Of a DNA stretch of 50,156 nucleotides, positions 1-10,700 are shown in pieces (position 1 is the stretch's first letter; each line of letters starts with the position of its first letter). The notes under the pieces were generated by a model, which searched no databases, had not been told where the DNA came from, and worked only from the letters and a program-made list of their open reading frames with translations. Both the position numbers and the translations under genes were made by a program. Source of the DNA: an archaeon (GTDB lineage Archaea; Thermoplasmatota; Thermoplasmata; JAJSAE01); NCBI GenBank assembly GCA_024281315.1, contig JAJSAE010000069.1, positions 1 through 50,156 on the forward strand, read 5' to 3'.

Positions 1-113
1 AGGAAGTTTCTGATATACAATATGATGCTAAAACTGTGAAAAACAAGAGGTTTCACACGGTTAAAAAAACGATGGGGTAGAAATAGGGAAGGTGAATAAG
101 CGCAGTCTCTAAC

Positions 114-761
114 TCAGAATGGAGTTATGCAACAGAGCACACCGGACTCAACGGAGGGACCGTGGCCGGGATAGAGGGCTTTTACATCCAGAGTTCGGAG
201 GAATTCTATGCTTTTTACCAATTCGGACAGGCTGCCGGTGGGCAAATCCCAGCGCCCCACGCCGCCATTGGCAAAGACCGTATCGCCCGAAAAAAGGAAG
301 CCGCTCTTCCGGTGAAAGAGAACGATGCTGTCCTCGCTGTGGCCGGGAGTTCTAAGAATCTCGAAGCCTTCCAGAAATGGATAAAGAGATGAATCCTCAA
401 TCTGCAATTCTTTCACGCTCATGGAAGGAAGAGGGATGCCGAACAATGCGGCTCCTGTGGAAATCTTGTCGCCATAGTTGAGGGCTCTGGCCCCGCTCCT
501 CTCTGCTAGGATTGGTATCTCTCCGAATATTCTTTTTATAACAGGTACGCCGGCAACATGGTCTATGTGTCGATGGGTGAGAATGATGGCTTCCGGTGCA
601 GGAAAATCATTTTTCCGCATATCTTCCGCGGCGGCCGCAGCCGTTTCCGCCATTCCCGCATCCACAAGAAAGGCATGCGGGCCATTTTCTACCAGAAAGA
701 TGTTGCTGGACTCAAAACCTCCGTAAAATGCGGTTACATGAAATGAATGTGGGATTGACAT
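114..761 (-). CDS. MBL-fold metallo-hydrolase (glyoxalase II-like)
   Basis: THRHIDH metal-binding motif, TPGHS, SGDT and YPGHG motifs; starts 1 nt after the stop of the upstream GTPase gene. Confidence 0.9.
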   Translation of the reverse strand: MSIPHSFHVTAFYGGFESSNIFLVENGPHAFLVDAGMAETAAAAAEDMRKNDFPAPEAIILTHRHIDHVAGVPVIKRIFGEIPILAERSGARALNYGDKISTGAALFGIPLPSMSVKELQIEDSSLYPFLEGFEILRTPGHSEDSIVLFHRKSGFLFSGDTVFANGGVGRWDLPTGSLSELVKSIEFLRTLDVKALYPGHGPSVESGVLCCITPF

Positions 762-762
762 C

Positions 763-1578
763 TCACTCCGGCCTCTTTATCATCAGTTTTCTGCGGGTCC
801 GATTCTGTCTTGCGGCCTCCTCACCCTTTACATCCACCTCGGCATCATAGAGCAGAAGGACGAACTTCCTAAGAGCCAGCTCGGTGGGGGCTTTCACATC
901 CAGCCCGACCTCCTCCGCTTTTCTCCGCACTATCGCCATCCCCATATCGTAATCGCCGTACTGGGCGCAGAAATCCTGAATGATGGAATCAGTTGCCCTG
1001 ATAAGCCAGTTGCCCGCCTCCACAACCTTTCCTGCGGAAATTACAGGTGATTCGGGGGCCTCTCCGAGTACCGCCCTGCCAAGGGCTTTAAACATGTCCT
1101 CCACATTTTTGCCAGTCTTCGCACTTGTAAAGAAGTAAGGGGAGCCGTACTTATCAGCAAGAGCCTTTATGTCGGATTCGGAAATGCGGCACTCCAGATC
1201 GGACTTGTTCACGGCAAATACGAACGGCACGCCGCCCACCACGGAAAGGGCCTCGGGAATCCAGTAGCCCTCAAGGCTCTTCAGGGTCTCCGGTCGTGTC
1301 GCATCGCAGACGAATATGATGCCCTCGGCCCCCTTGTAAGAGGAACGCTGTATGCCGGTATATCCCTTCTGGCCCAGAATGTCCCAGAGCATCATGGTTA
1401 ACTCCACCGTTTCAGCCTTCATGCGCAGCTCGATGACCTTCTTGGTCACCTTGGTGCCGATGGTGGTTATGTACTTATCGTCGAATTTGTCCATGACATA
1501 CTTTCTGACCAGAGATGTCTTACCGACCGCCCCGTCTCCCAGCAGAAGGGCCTTCCGCTTCACTCTTTTGAACTGCAT
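763..1578 (-). CDS. Ras/Rab-like small GTPase with ~90-aa C-terminal helical extension
   Basis: G1 GDGAVGKTS, G2 YITTIG, G3 WDILGQ, G4 NKSD, G5 SAK; GGTGA just upstream. Confidence 0.9.
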   Translation of the reverse strand: MQFKRVKRKALLLGDGAVGKTSLVRKYVMDKFDDKYITTIGTKVTKKVIELRMKAETVELTMMLWDILGQKGYTGIQRSSYKGAEGIIFVCDATRPETLKSLEGYWIPEALSVVGGVPFVFAVNKSDLECRISESDIKALADKYGSPYFFTSAKTGKNVEDMFKALGRAVLGEAPESPVISAGKVVEAGNWLIRATDSIIQDFCAQYGDYDMGMAIVRRKAEEVGLDVKAPTELALRKFVLLLYDAEVDVKGEEAARQNRTRRKLMIKRPE

Positions 1579-1605
1579 GTCACCGAACCTGAAAGAGGAT
1601 GGTCA

Positions 1606-1640
1606 TATAAAAAGTTTTAAGAATGAGGAAAATCTTTTAT
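1606..1640. promoter_or_regulatory. Divergent archaeal BRE/TATA promoters for the GTPase (-) and adenosine-kinase-family gene (+)
   Basis: Minus strand AAAACTTTTTATAT; plus strand GAAAATCTTTTAT; each ~30 nt upstream of a start codon. Confidence 0.5.
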
Positions 1641-1671
1641 CCATCCCTCCCCATCTCCTTCCGGTGATAAC

Positions 1672-2154
1672 ATGAACATCGAAGAGATAAAGATAGAAAA
1701 GGATGCGTAAACCAATGTGATAATCGGCCAATCCCACTTCATGAAGACTGCGGAGGACCTGTACGAGGCCTTGGTGAATTCCGTGCCGCAGATGAAGTTC
1801 GGACTTGCCTTCTGCGAGGCATCTATGGAGAGGATGATACGGTCGGAGGGGAACGACGAGGAACTTCAGAGACTGGCGGAGAAGAACGCCCATAAAATCG
1901 GAGCGGGCCACTCCTTCGTCATAATGATTAAAGACGCATACCCCATAAACATCCTGAATGCTGTCAAGAATGTGAGAGAGGTCTGCACAATCTTCTGCGC
2001 CACCGCCAACGATGTGGATGTCCTTGTGGCCGGCAACGGTCGGGGCAGAGGCGTAATCGGGGTGATAGACGGGGAGCCGCCTCTGGGAATCGAGAACGGC
2101 GAGCAGAGGAAGAAGAGGCGGGAGTTTCTCAGAATGATAGGCTACAAGAAGTAG
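1672..2154 (+). pseudogene. Adenosine-specific kinase family (DUF355) protein interrupted by an in-frame TAA at 1708-1710
   Basis: GGTGA at 1663-1667, ATG at 1672, reads MNIEEIKIEKDA*TNVIIGQSHF; family motifs GQSHF, FGLAFCEAS, GAGH, IFCATAN, GRGVIGVIDG, IGYK; ORF track starts only at GTG 1717. Confidence 0.75.
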
Positions 2155-2155
2155 T

Positions 2156-5100
2156 TCAGCGTCTGTAGGCCCTTTCGTAGTAGTCCGTTATCTCCCAGTC
2201 TGACATCTCCCCATCTCCCTGCTCGGAGAGAGTTAGGCCGGAGCGTCTTGCCGCAAGTCTGGCCACTCTGGGAAGCCTTGAAGAGCCCTTGAACGAAGTA
2301 ATGATCAGTTCACCTTTATGAACACGGCCGGAGAATGTGCCGATTATCTTTCCCCCGTCAAGAACCAGGGATGCGGCCCCCGTATCCATGTACTGCTTCA
2401 AAAAATCGGCGAGATACAGCCTTGTCACCGAGTCCTGATAGATTATGAGCGAGTCTTTCACCTTTACCTTGGGAAGTTTCTTTATGTCCTCCGAGGGAAC
2501 CCAGAATATTCTGTCCTCATTCGTCAGGAAGAAGCCCTTAACCATCTTCCCCTCTGCCTCCATTTCGCTCAAAACCGCCCTTACTTCTGAATTGCTCATT
2601 GCAAAGCCGGAGAATGAAGAAAGATGAGAGGGATTTACGAGGCCAAAAATACTTATCCATGCCTCCACCAGCATCCTCACCGCTTCTTCCCGGCCCATCT
2701 CCGGTATCTCCGGCACCACATAGCGGCCGCGGAAGTCCTTGAACGCAAGTCCCGAGCGGAAGATGCTCTTGAGGGCACTACTTGCGCTTTCCTCGCCCAT
2801 GAGCGGGCTGTTCTTCACCTCCCCTGCCGAAAGTGGGGCATAGTTCCTTATAAGTTCCAGAACCTGTTCCTCCTCGTGCGTCAGTTCCTTTTTTCTCAAC
2901 AGAGAGATAAGGCCTGCGCTTTCCGTCTCTATGTAAGAGAGATACGGAGGGATGCCATATCCTTTCAGCACCTTCCCCTCTTTGTGCAGATAATCAAGGG
3001 GATACATCCTCCTGACGCGCTGGCCAATCTCCGGACCAGAACGGAGCGTTATCTGAGATTTTGCCAGCTCCGTGGTATCTCTATGTCTCCTGTCTTTCGA
3101 GAAACCGGCCCTCCACAGCATGTAATTCAGGGCCTGCTCCCATGAAACCGAGACGGGAGCGATATTTCCATATATCAGAGAACCGTTCATCTCCATGAAT
3201 CCGTGTTTCTTCAATTCCCTGACATCCATTCCTTCCGGTATCTTCTGGATGCTGGCAACAGTGAGGCCAAAGAACGAGTAGTAGGCCATCAGTTTTTTCA
3301 ACGCATTCCCGAACTCCTCCGGACCGACTCCGGGAAGATCGATATCTCTTATGTCTATGCCGCCGTTCAGTGGCCAGTCTTCTATCATCCCCAGAAGCGA
3401 GCCGCCGCGTATCGCTGGGTGCATCCATCCCTGCCCGTATCGCGCATATAGTTCCCTGCGAAATGTTGCGGCCATGGGGCCATAAAGGGATACGAATGTA
3501 AGAGGAAGCATGATATTCCCATCGGAGGAAACAGGGTTTTCCAGAAGGTGAAGGTCCTCTGGCATCAGGTAAAATTCCGTATCGCCGCTCCCGGTTATCA
3601 CTGCCTCCGCTCCGATTCTTTCCAGAGCTCCTCGCACCTCCATTCCAGTAAAATCCGTCTGATACCTTATCTCGGAAAGGGGGGCGGGACCAGAGGATTT
3701 CAGATATGTTTCGACAATCGCCGCAATGGCTTTCTCTCTCTCCGGCAATTTCGTCTCGTTTGTCTCCAGAAGCGAATACAGATTTCTCCTCCCCCATAGT
3801 TCCCTCCCCGTAAATTCCCTTACGATGTACATGTTCTCATCCAGAATGCGGAGAGCGGGCCTCAGTTTATCCGAGGGTATTCCGGTGTGAGCGGAAAGAT
3901 CGGATACGCCCATAGGGCCTTTTTCAAGCGCCGACAGTATTGTTCTCTCGAAAGCGTCCAGATTGCCGGGGTGGTGCGTTCTATATGCGCCTATGTAAAG
4001 AGGCACCTTCTCTCTCCGAACATAATGGACCCTTCCACTGATAAAACGGCCCCGCAGCAGCTCTCCGCTCTGCCTCAATTCGTCCCACTCATCCATTTTG
4101 AAATCCGGGACCCTATTATAAACATCCAGCGGGTCGCCGGCATGGCCGAATGTCTCGAAGTAATCATCTATGCTCTCGAAACTTCTGGTCAACTTCCACC
4201 CCTTCAGGGCACGCACCGCAGCCGCGGAATGGACCCTCTCCCCCCTAAGAATGCTGTGATAATCCTCCGACAGAATGAACTCGTTATCGTGGTGAAAACT
4301 CCCGGAAATAACCGCTCCGGCGTGCTTCATCTCCTCCAGCGTCGACAGCACATGATGCTCCGGCGTGCCCAGCCTGTGGGCCAGTTCCTGCACCCCCATG
4401 GGGCCGTAATATGAAAGGAGAATCCGAATGCCGCGCTCCACTGCGGCGTCCTCCGCATGCACCATCTTTTCTCTATCAATCCCGCGCCATTCCTCTCTGA
4501 CAAGATGAATGAGGCGGAGTTTTTCCAGGCGGTTAAGAAGGGCGAGGGACTCTTTTTTATCCCCTCCTGTCTGTTCGGAGATTATATCAATTGCCGCACC
4601 TCTTTGCACACCCTCAAGCGTAGCCGCAAGCTCCCTGTCTCTCTCGTCATAGGCCGTCTCCGGCGGCATTGCCATGAGAAGTTTGGCCAGTTTCACGGAG
4701 GCGAACATTCGCTGAGACATGTAAACAGAGACTATCCTCCAGCTGTCCTCCAGCGGCTTTGCCGCTCCCTTTACCTCCTCGAATCGGGGGCGCATGGCCG
4801 GAGGCAGCCCTGTTTCATTCTCCGGGTTAATGGGGATGTTGTCCATGAGGTCCAACAGATGCTCGGGAGTTATCTCCTCCGCTAGACGGAACTTCCTCTC
4901 GAAATGCTCCTTCAAGCGCTCTGGTTCTATTATCGGACCGCCCGGCGTGGCGGTAACTCTGCTGAGGATTCTGGTGTGCAGTTCCTTCAAAAGAGCGGTT
5001 CTATCCTCCATAAGCACAATGTCGGAGATCCCGCTGAGGACGATGCCGTAGGAAAAGGGAGAGGGGGAATCGGTGTAATCCTGGTGCTTGCAGACCCATT

Positions 5101-7558
5101 CGCCGGAGCGGATTCTGGAAAGAACATACTTTGCGCCGTCCACATCCATGACAGACCTCAGAATCTCCCTGTATGTCTCCTTTATCACCGGAAAATTCTC
5201 TGCCGCATCTATGTCGGCCAGAGCATCAAGTATCTGGGCCGCCCTTCTCTGCTGCTTGCTCACGGATATGCTGTGACCGAGGTAACTCCTGAGAACAAGA
5301 AACGAGCGGCCGGCACAGTGTCGGAATCGCTGCCTGAAAAGTTCGGTTCCGCGTATGGCGGTGCCGAGAATTTGCTCCACCTCATCGGGAGAAATGATAT
5401 TCTCCAGACCCTCTAGGTCCACACGAACGGGCGAGGTTATCATAAATGCGTCATCGCTTATGGAAATACTGACACCCCTTTTCACCTCTTTAGCCAGTGC
5501 GGCGGCGTATGCCCTTGAAAGAGCGTCGTTCACCCTCCTGCCGAAGGGGAAATGAAATATTATGTTCCAGAGGCCCTGCATGTCCCGGTATCCCTCCACA
5601 AGAAGCTGCTTTTCCCCCGGAATTCCGGCGACAATGGCTTGCTCCCTGAAATAACTCAGGAGAGAGCGGGCCGCACCGGAATCCAGATGATAGGTCCCCG
5701 CAAGATACGCCTGCATCTCCTCTGCGCGCCGCTTCCCCTCTTTGGCGGTTATATCCTTGTACCCTCCTATATTCTCCCTCATGAAATCCCTGAACTCCGC
5801 CACCGCCAGCGACAGGTCGAAGGAACGCGGAAGCATCTCCCCACTCCATGACGGCACCGTGGGCTTCTTCCCCCCTGCGGACTTCACCAGAACCGTTGTT
5901 CCTCTGGTCTTTATGAACTCGTAACTCCTGCCCCCCAGAACAAAGACATCGCCGGGAGATAGCTTTTCCACAAATTTCTCTGATAACTCACCGGCAGGCC
6001 CGGCCCCCATAACTATGACCCTGTAATTTGCCTCGTCGGGTATTGTTCCGAGATTGAGGTAGTAGATGGTCCTGCTCCCCCTCTTTCTGCCGAAAATCCC
6101 CTCTTCTGGGTCGTACCATATCTTGGAATATATGCCCTCGTGAGAGCGGCCCCCCAGATACTCGAGGACGGAGATGTAATCGTCCCAAGATAGGGTGTGA
6201 AATGTGTGGGAGCGGCGAACAAGGTCGTATGCCTCCTTTATGTCCCATCTGTCATTCAGAGAGAGAGAGACTATTCCCTGCGAGAGAACATCAAGGGGAT
6301 TCTGCGGTATGCTCACCCGGTCTATGTGGCCTTCCGCCGCCTCCTTTGCAAGTACCGCACACTCCACCATGTCGTCAAGGTCGAAGACGATGAAACGGCC
6401 TTTTGCGGTCTTTCCCACCGAGTGGCCCGCCCTTCCGATTCTCTGAAGACCCTTTGCCACCGATTTCGGGGAGCCTATCTGAACAACGAGGTCCACATAG
6501 CCTATATCTATTCCGAGTTCAAGGGATGTTGAGGTAACTACACAGCGGAGTTCGCCATCCCTCAGTTTCGCCTCCACATCCAGCCGCGTTTCCCTGCTTA
6601 AACTTCCGTGATGGGCGGCTATGGCCTCTATACCTCGCTCCCGCAGTTTGTAGGCCACGGTCTCCGTTGAACTCCGGGTGTTCGTAAAGATAATCGTGGT
6701 GCGGTGTTCTTCAATCATCTCAACGAGAAGGTCGTACATTCTCGCGTTTACGACATCATAGGGGACCAGTGTCATATCCTCCACTGGGGAGATTACCTTC
6801 AGGTCCAGATCCTTCCGGCCTTCGGCCTCGACAATATTCACCGGTCTTTCCACAGGTTCTTCGTCGATTATTTTGAAACCCCCGAGATATCTGGCAATCT
6901 CTTCAATCGGGGCCTGTGTGGCCGAGAGCCCGATTCTCGTTATGTCAGGACTCATGTTCTGGAGAATCTCCATGGTGAGGGATAGGAGGGAGCCGCGCTT
7001 GCTGTCCGAAATCTCGTGTATTTCATCCACAATCAGGTACTCCACAGAGTCGAATCTCTGCCGGAACTTCGGGGTGGAAAGAACCAGAGCAAGAGATTCT
7101 GGTGTGGTGATGAGGATATGCGGCGGTCTTTTCACCATCTTCTGCCTTTCGTACTGGCTGGTGTCACCCGAGCGGACCGCAACCCGTATTTCCCGCATCC
7201 CCGGATTCTCTTCCAGCATCTCGGCAAGAGGGCGCTTCAGATTCTTATCCACATCGTTAGCCAGGGCCTTGAGCGGCGATACATAAACCGCATATATTCT
7301 GTCCTCAAGCTCACCCCGCTTCCCTTTCAAATAGAGCTCATTTATTATGGCGAGAAAAGCGGTCAAAGTCTTGCCCGAACCGGTGGGGGAAGAGACGAGA
7401 ACGCTCTCGCGGTTATGGATAAGAGGAATGGCGTATGCCTGCGGCTCTGTCAACTCGTCAAAGTGCGCCCTGAACCATGAGGCCACGGGCGGTTCCAGCA
7501 TCTCCATGACCTCGTCGAATGTGTATCTCTTTTCCGCCCTTTTTATCCTGCCGGACAT
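2156..7558 (-). CDS. lhr: Lhr-family ATP-dependent SF2 helicase, large form (~1800 aa) with winged-helix-rich C-terminal half
   Basis: SPTGSGKT, SPLKAL, TTPESL, DEIH, SAT, HHGSL, LELGID, QRIGRAGH, GTIPD, PSW motifs; start at ATG 7558 preferred because a TATA-like element lies at ~7599-7606. Confidence 0.9.
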   Translation of the reverse strand: MSGRIKRAEKRYTFDEVMEMLEPPVASWFRAHFDELTEPQAYAIPLIHNRESVLVSSPTGSGKTLTAFLAIINELYLKGKRGELEDRIYAVYVSPLKALANDVDKNLKRPLAEMLEENPGMREIRVAVRSGDTSQYERQKMVKRPPHILITTPESLALVLSTPKFRQRFDSVEYLIVDEIHEISDSKRGSLLSLTMEILQNMSPDITRIGLSATQAPIEEIARYLGGFKIIDEEPVERPVNIVEAEGRKDLDLKVISPVEDMTLVPYDVVNARMYDLLVEMIEEHRTTIIFTNTRSSTETVAYKLRERGIEAIAAHHGSLSRETRLDVEAKLRDGELRCVVTSTSLELGIDIGYVDLVVQIGSPKSVAKGLQRIGRAGHSVGKTAKGRFIVFDLDDMVECAVLAKEAAEGHIDRVSIPQNPLDVLSQGIVSLSLNDRWDIKEAYDLVRRSHTFHTLSWDDYISVLEYLGGRSHEGIYSKIWYDPEEGIFGRKRGSRTIYYLNLGTIPDEANYRVIVMGAGPAGELSEKFVEKLSPGDVFVLGGRSYEFIKTRGTTVLVKSAGGKKPTVPSWSGEMLPRSFDLSLAVAEFRDFMRENIGGYKDITAKEGKRRAEEMQAYLAGTYHLDSGAARSLLSYFREQAIVAGIPGEKQLLVEGYRDMQGLWNIIFHFPFGRRVNDALSRAYAAALAKEVKRGVSISISDDAFMITSPVRVDLEGLENIISPDEVEQILGTAIRGTELFRQRFRHCAGRSFLVLRSYLGHSISVSKQQRRAAQILDALADIDAAENFPVIKETYREILRSVMDVDGAKYVLSRIRSGEWVCKHQDYTDSPSPFSYGIVLSGISDIVLMEDRTALLKELHTRILSRVTATPGGPIIEPERLKEHFERKFRLAEEITPEHLLDLMDNIPINPENETGLPPAMRPRFEEVKGAAKPLEDSWRIVSVYMSQRMFASVKLAKLLMAMPPETAYDERDRELAATLEGVQRGAAIDIISEQTGGDKKESLALLNRLEKLRLIHLVREEWRGIDREKMVHAEDAAVERGIRILLSYYGPMGVQELAHRLGTPEHHVLSTLEEMKHAGAVISGSFHHDNEFILSEDYHSILRGERVHSAAAVRALKGWKLTRSFESIDDYFETFGHAGDPLDVYNRVPDFKMDEWDELRQSGELLRGRFISGRVHYVRREKVPLYIGAYRTHHPGNLDAFERTILSALEKGPMGVSDLSAHTGIPSDKLRPALRILDENMYIVREFTGRELWGRRNLYSLLETNETKLPEREKAIAAIVETYLKSSGPAPLSEIRYQTDFTGMEVRGALERIGAEAVITGSGDTEFYLMPEDLHLLENPVSSDGNIMLPLTFVSLYGPMAATFRRELYARYGQGWMHPAIRGGSLLGMIEDWPLNGGIDIRDIDLPGVGPEEFGNALKKLMAYYSFFGLTVASIQKIPEGMDVRELKKHGFMEMNGSLIYGNIAPVSVSWEQALNYMLWRAGFSKDRRHRDTTELAKSQITLRSGPEIGQRVRRMYPLDYLHKEGKVLKGYGIPPYLSYIETESAGLISLLRKKELTHEEEQVLELIRNYAPLSAGEVKNSPLMGEESASSALKSIFRSGLAFKDFRGRYVVPEIPEMGREEAVRMLVEAWISIFGLVNPSHLSSFSGFAMSNSEVRAVLSEMEAEGKMVKGFFLTNEDRIFWVPSEDIKKLPKVKVKDSLIIYQDSVTRLYLADFLKQYMDTGAASLVLDGGKIIGTFSGRVHKGELIITSFKGSSRLPRVARLAARRSGLTLSEQGDGEMSDWEITDYYERAYRR

Positions 7559-7649
7559 CTTATCACTATCGTTAAACCAAAACATATTGCAACGGTGGTT
7601 TAATAGTTTTTGTATGTGGACAGAAGTGGGTATTTTGCCCTCTTTGAGA

Positions 7650-7666
7650 GAAAAACTATTTATATG
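7650..7666 (+). promoter_or_regulatory. BRE/TATA promoter of the giant surface protein gene
   Basis: GAAAAACTATTTATAT; AGGAGTGA RBS-like sequence before ATG 7748. Confidence 0.55.
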
Positions 7667-7747
7667 GGCACTATCATGTTGCATAAAATAGGCGGTGGCT
7701 CCGAATGGGAATGGGGCAGTTGCCTGTAGACACATAGGAGTGAGTAA

Positions 7748-10700
7748 ATGAACGGGAAAAACGACGGATTAAAGAAAGGAGTGGCAGTTCTGCTGGTCCT
7801 TCTTATGGTTAGTAGCGGCTTTTTTGTCATAGTGACGGATAGCGCGGCGGCAAAGAGCAGTGACATGAGCGGCACCGCAAACCCCGCAGATATGGGGCCG
7901 GTGCAGGAGAAGACGGGGACAAATAGTGGAAGCGATAGCGCAACCAGCACAGGGAGCGATGTGAACTCGAATGCAGCAGGAAATGGTGCAGGACAGGCCA
8001 CTGTGCCCAATGATGCTGGCGGGCGCGGCCCGAGAGAGAAGAACACCGCACAAAAGGATGTGAAAACACAGGCCGCACACCCACAGGTTACAAAAACGGG
8101 CATGGATACAAATACAAAAAGATCGAACGAGAGGCGCACTTCGGAGAACAGGGAAACCGTGAATACTGCGGAGAATCCGGTTTATGCCGCATCCGTTTCC
8201 GGCAACCCTGCGCCGCCCATATCATCAAGCTGGAAGATTGGTACAATCTCTGATGTTACAGCCGGAAGCGGCGCACAGCCGGCGGCAGTCGGGCCCGTTG
8301 TGGTTGTGTATGATATGGATACGAATAAAACATACGCCAGCATTCAGGATGCCATAAACAACGCAACCTCCGGAGACCATCTGATAATTCGGGGCATGGC
8401 CTTAGAGAACATCTCCGTGGATGGAAAGACGATACAGATAGTCAACTCATCGTTTGACCTCATCGGAGACATTAGTGTAAGGAACGGCGGCTCTTTGCTT
8501 GTAGACCCGTCATGGGTCAACATGTCCGGGAACTGGTACATAGATGCGGGGGCGATAAATGTAACCGACAACACGATTGTCCAGTTCAACAACTCCTTTG
8601 ACGGTGAGTTTGGGATACAGGTGAACAGCACGGGCACCCTCATCATCCAGAACGGCAGCAAGATACAGTCCAACGGAACAGCCCAGTACTGGTTCCATGT
8701 CCTGCCGGGAGCCAGCCTTTTCATCAACGACAGCGTAGTAAAGAACTGCGGCTGGAACGACAGCGACCCGGGGCCGATGATACAGGCATCTGGCCTTTAT
8801 GTGCACAATGGCACATTCACCGAGAACGGAGCGGGCCTCATCCTTTTTGATGTGGACGGTGCCATCGTAGAGAACAGTACATTTTACAACAACTTTATGG
8901 GCGGAATCGGACTTATCGATGGAGCGGATGGGAATTACATAGCCAATAACAGCTTCGACGGGGCAGAGGGAATTCACATGGAAGGCAGCAGGAACAATGT
9001 CATATCCGGCAACCAGATGTCAAACACAACATATGGTATATATAATCAGATGTCCAACACAACATACGGCACATATAATTCATATTCTCCGTCCAACCTC
9101 CTCCAGAATCCGGGAGCGGAAACCGGCGACCTTTCCGGATGGACAATCGATGCGAACGGAGGAGCGGGGTGGAATGTCGTCGATGGCGGAGGCCGGGACA
9201 GCAGGTATTGCTTCGTGACCTCGTACGATTGGGATATAAAGCATCAGGAGATTGACCTGCTAGCCGCAGGATACACACCGGCGTTCCTTGACTCATCTCC
9301 GGATATAACGGCTTCAGAATGGTTCTACAGCAGAGTAGACCAGACCGGCATGTATGAGCTGAAAGTTGAGCTTCGCAATGCAACACATGCGGTCATCGCC
9401 AGCTGGGATACCGGTGTAAAAGACGCTCTTCCAAGGACTACATGGATACTGGAGAACCACACCTTTGCAGGATATCCCACCGGCGTCAGATATGTCTATT
9501 TTGAGGACCGTGGCAAGGATACAAGCTACTGGAGCAATTGGTATGGCGCACGGATGGATGACGCATCGCTAACTATCAAAGGATACGATAGAAATATCAT
9601 AGAAGGCAATACCATAAGCGGTCCCGGCTACGGCATATATCTCGATGGCGTATCATATAGCACCATCTCCAACAACAGCATCACATCATACAGCGGCATC
9701 TACATGAACAATTCGGATAACAACACGCTCTATAACAACGATATTACCTTCGGCAACAACAAATACGCCAACCTTGTAGCATACTGGAAGATGGATGAAA
9801 GCCAGTGGACAGGAGTCTGGGGCGAGGCAAGGGATTCATCCGGAAACGGACATAACGGATATGCACGGAATGGGGCCAACACCAATGCGTCCGGTTATTA
9901 CGGAAGGGCCGGAGACTTTGACGGGGTAAATGACTGGGTCTACATCTCGGATGGCGGCAATGCCCTAGACCTAACAGGGGACATGACCGTGGAGGCATGG
10001 ATAAATGCCCGGAGTTTCGGATGGTATGATGGAATCGTGAGCAAGTACCAGAGCTGGGGTGCAAATGGCTTCACCCTCCGACTTAGCCCTGTCGCACCAT
10101 ACAACACCATAGACTTCTGCGGCCGCACAGGAACCATTCCGCTGAATGCGAACGAGTGGTACCATGTGGTCGGGGTCATGCAGGGAGGCACGGCTAACAT
10201 ATATGTCAATGGAGTTCTAGACACTTCGGGAGCACCGGCGTATACCCGCGTCGCCAACTGGAATCCCGTATCGATTGGAGGAGATTATGTATATAGCGGA
10301 GGAAGATACTTTGACGGTCTCATCGACGATGTTCGAATATTCAATAGCGCCCTCAGTCCCGAGGAGATAAATCAGACATACAACAGCGAGTTCGCTTACG
10401 GTATTTACATGAAAGATTCGGCGGACAACAATATTTCTTTCAATCCTTCCATCAGCGATATTTCCGGATACGGGGATGCGGCAATCTATCTGGACAACTC
10501 CAGTCCAACCATATCATACGCAAACATGGACAACTCACTACAAGGTCTTGTTTGTGTTAACGGTGCGTCGCCCCTGATGGTCAGTTCCCAGATCTTGGGC
10601 AATGTGGTGGATGATGTTTATGTGAACGGGAATTCGCACCCCATCCTGTTGAATACGACATTCAATAAAGATCAGGGATATGTGATCGATTCTTCCAGCA

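Noticed and set aside
107-150. Possible frameshift at the MBL hydrolase C-terminus (GVLCCITPF)
   Set aside because: All catalytic motifs precede it and the alternative frame adds almost nothing; cannot be supported
7559-7735. ORF-track N-terminal extension of Lhr
   Set aside because: Spans the divergent promoter region; not protein-like
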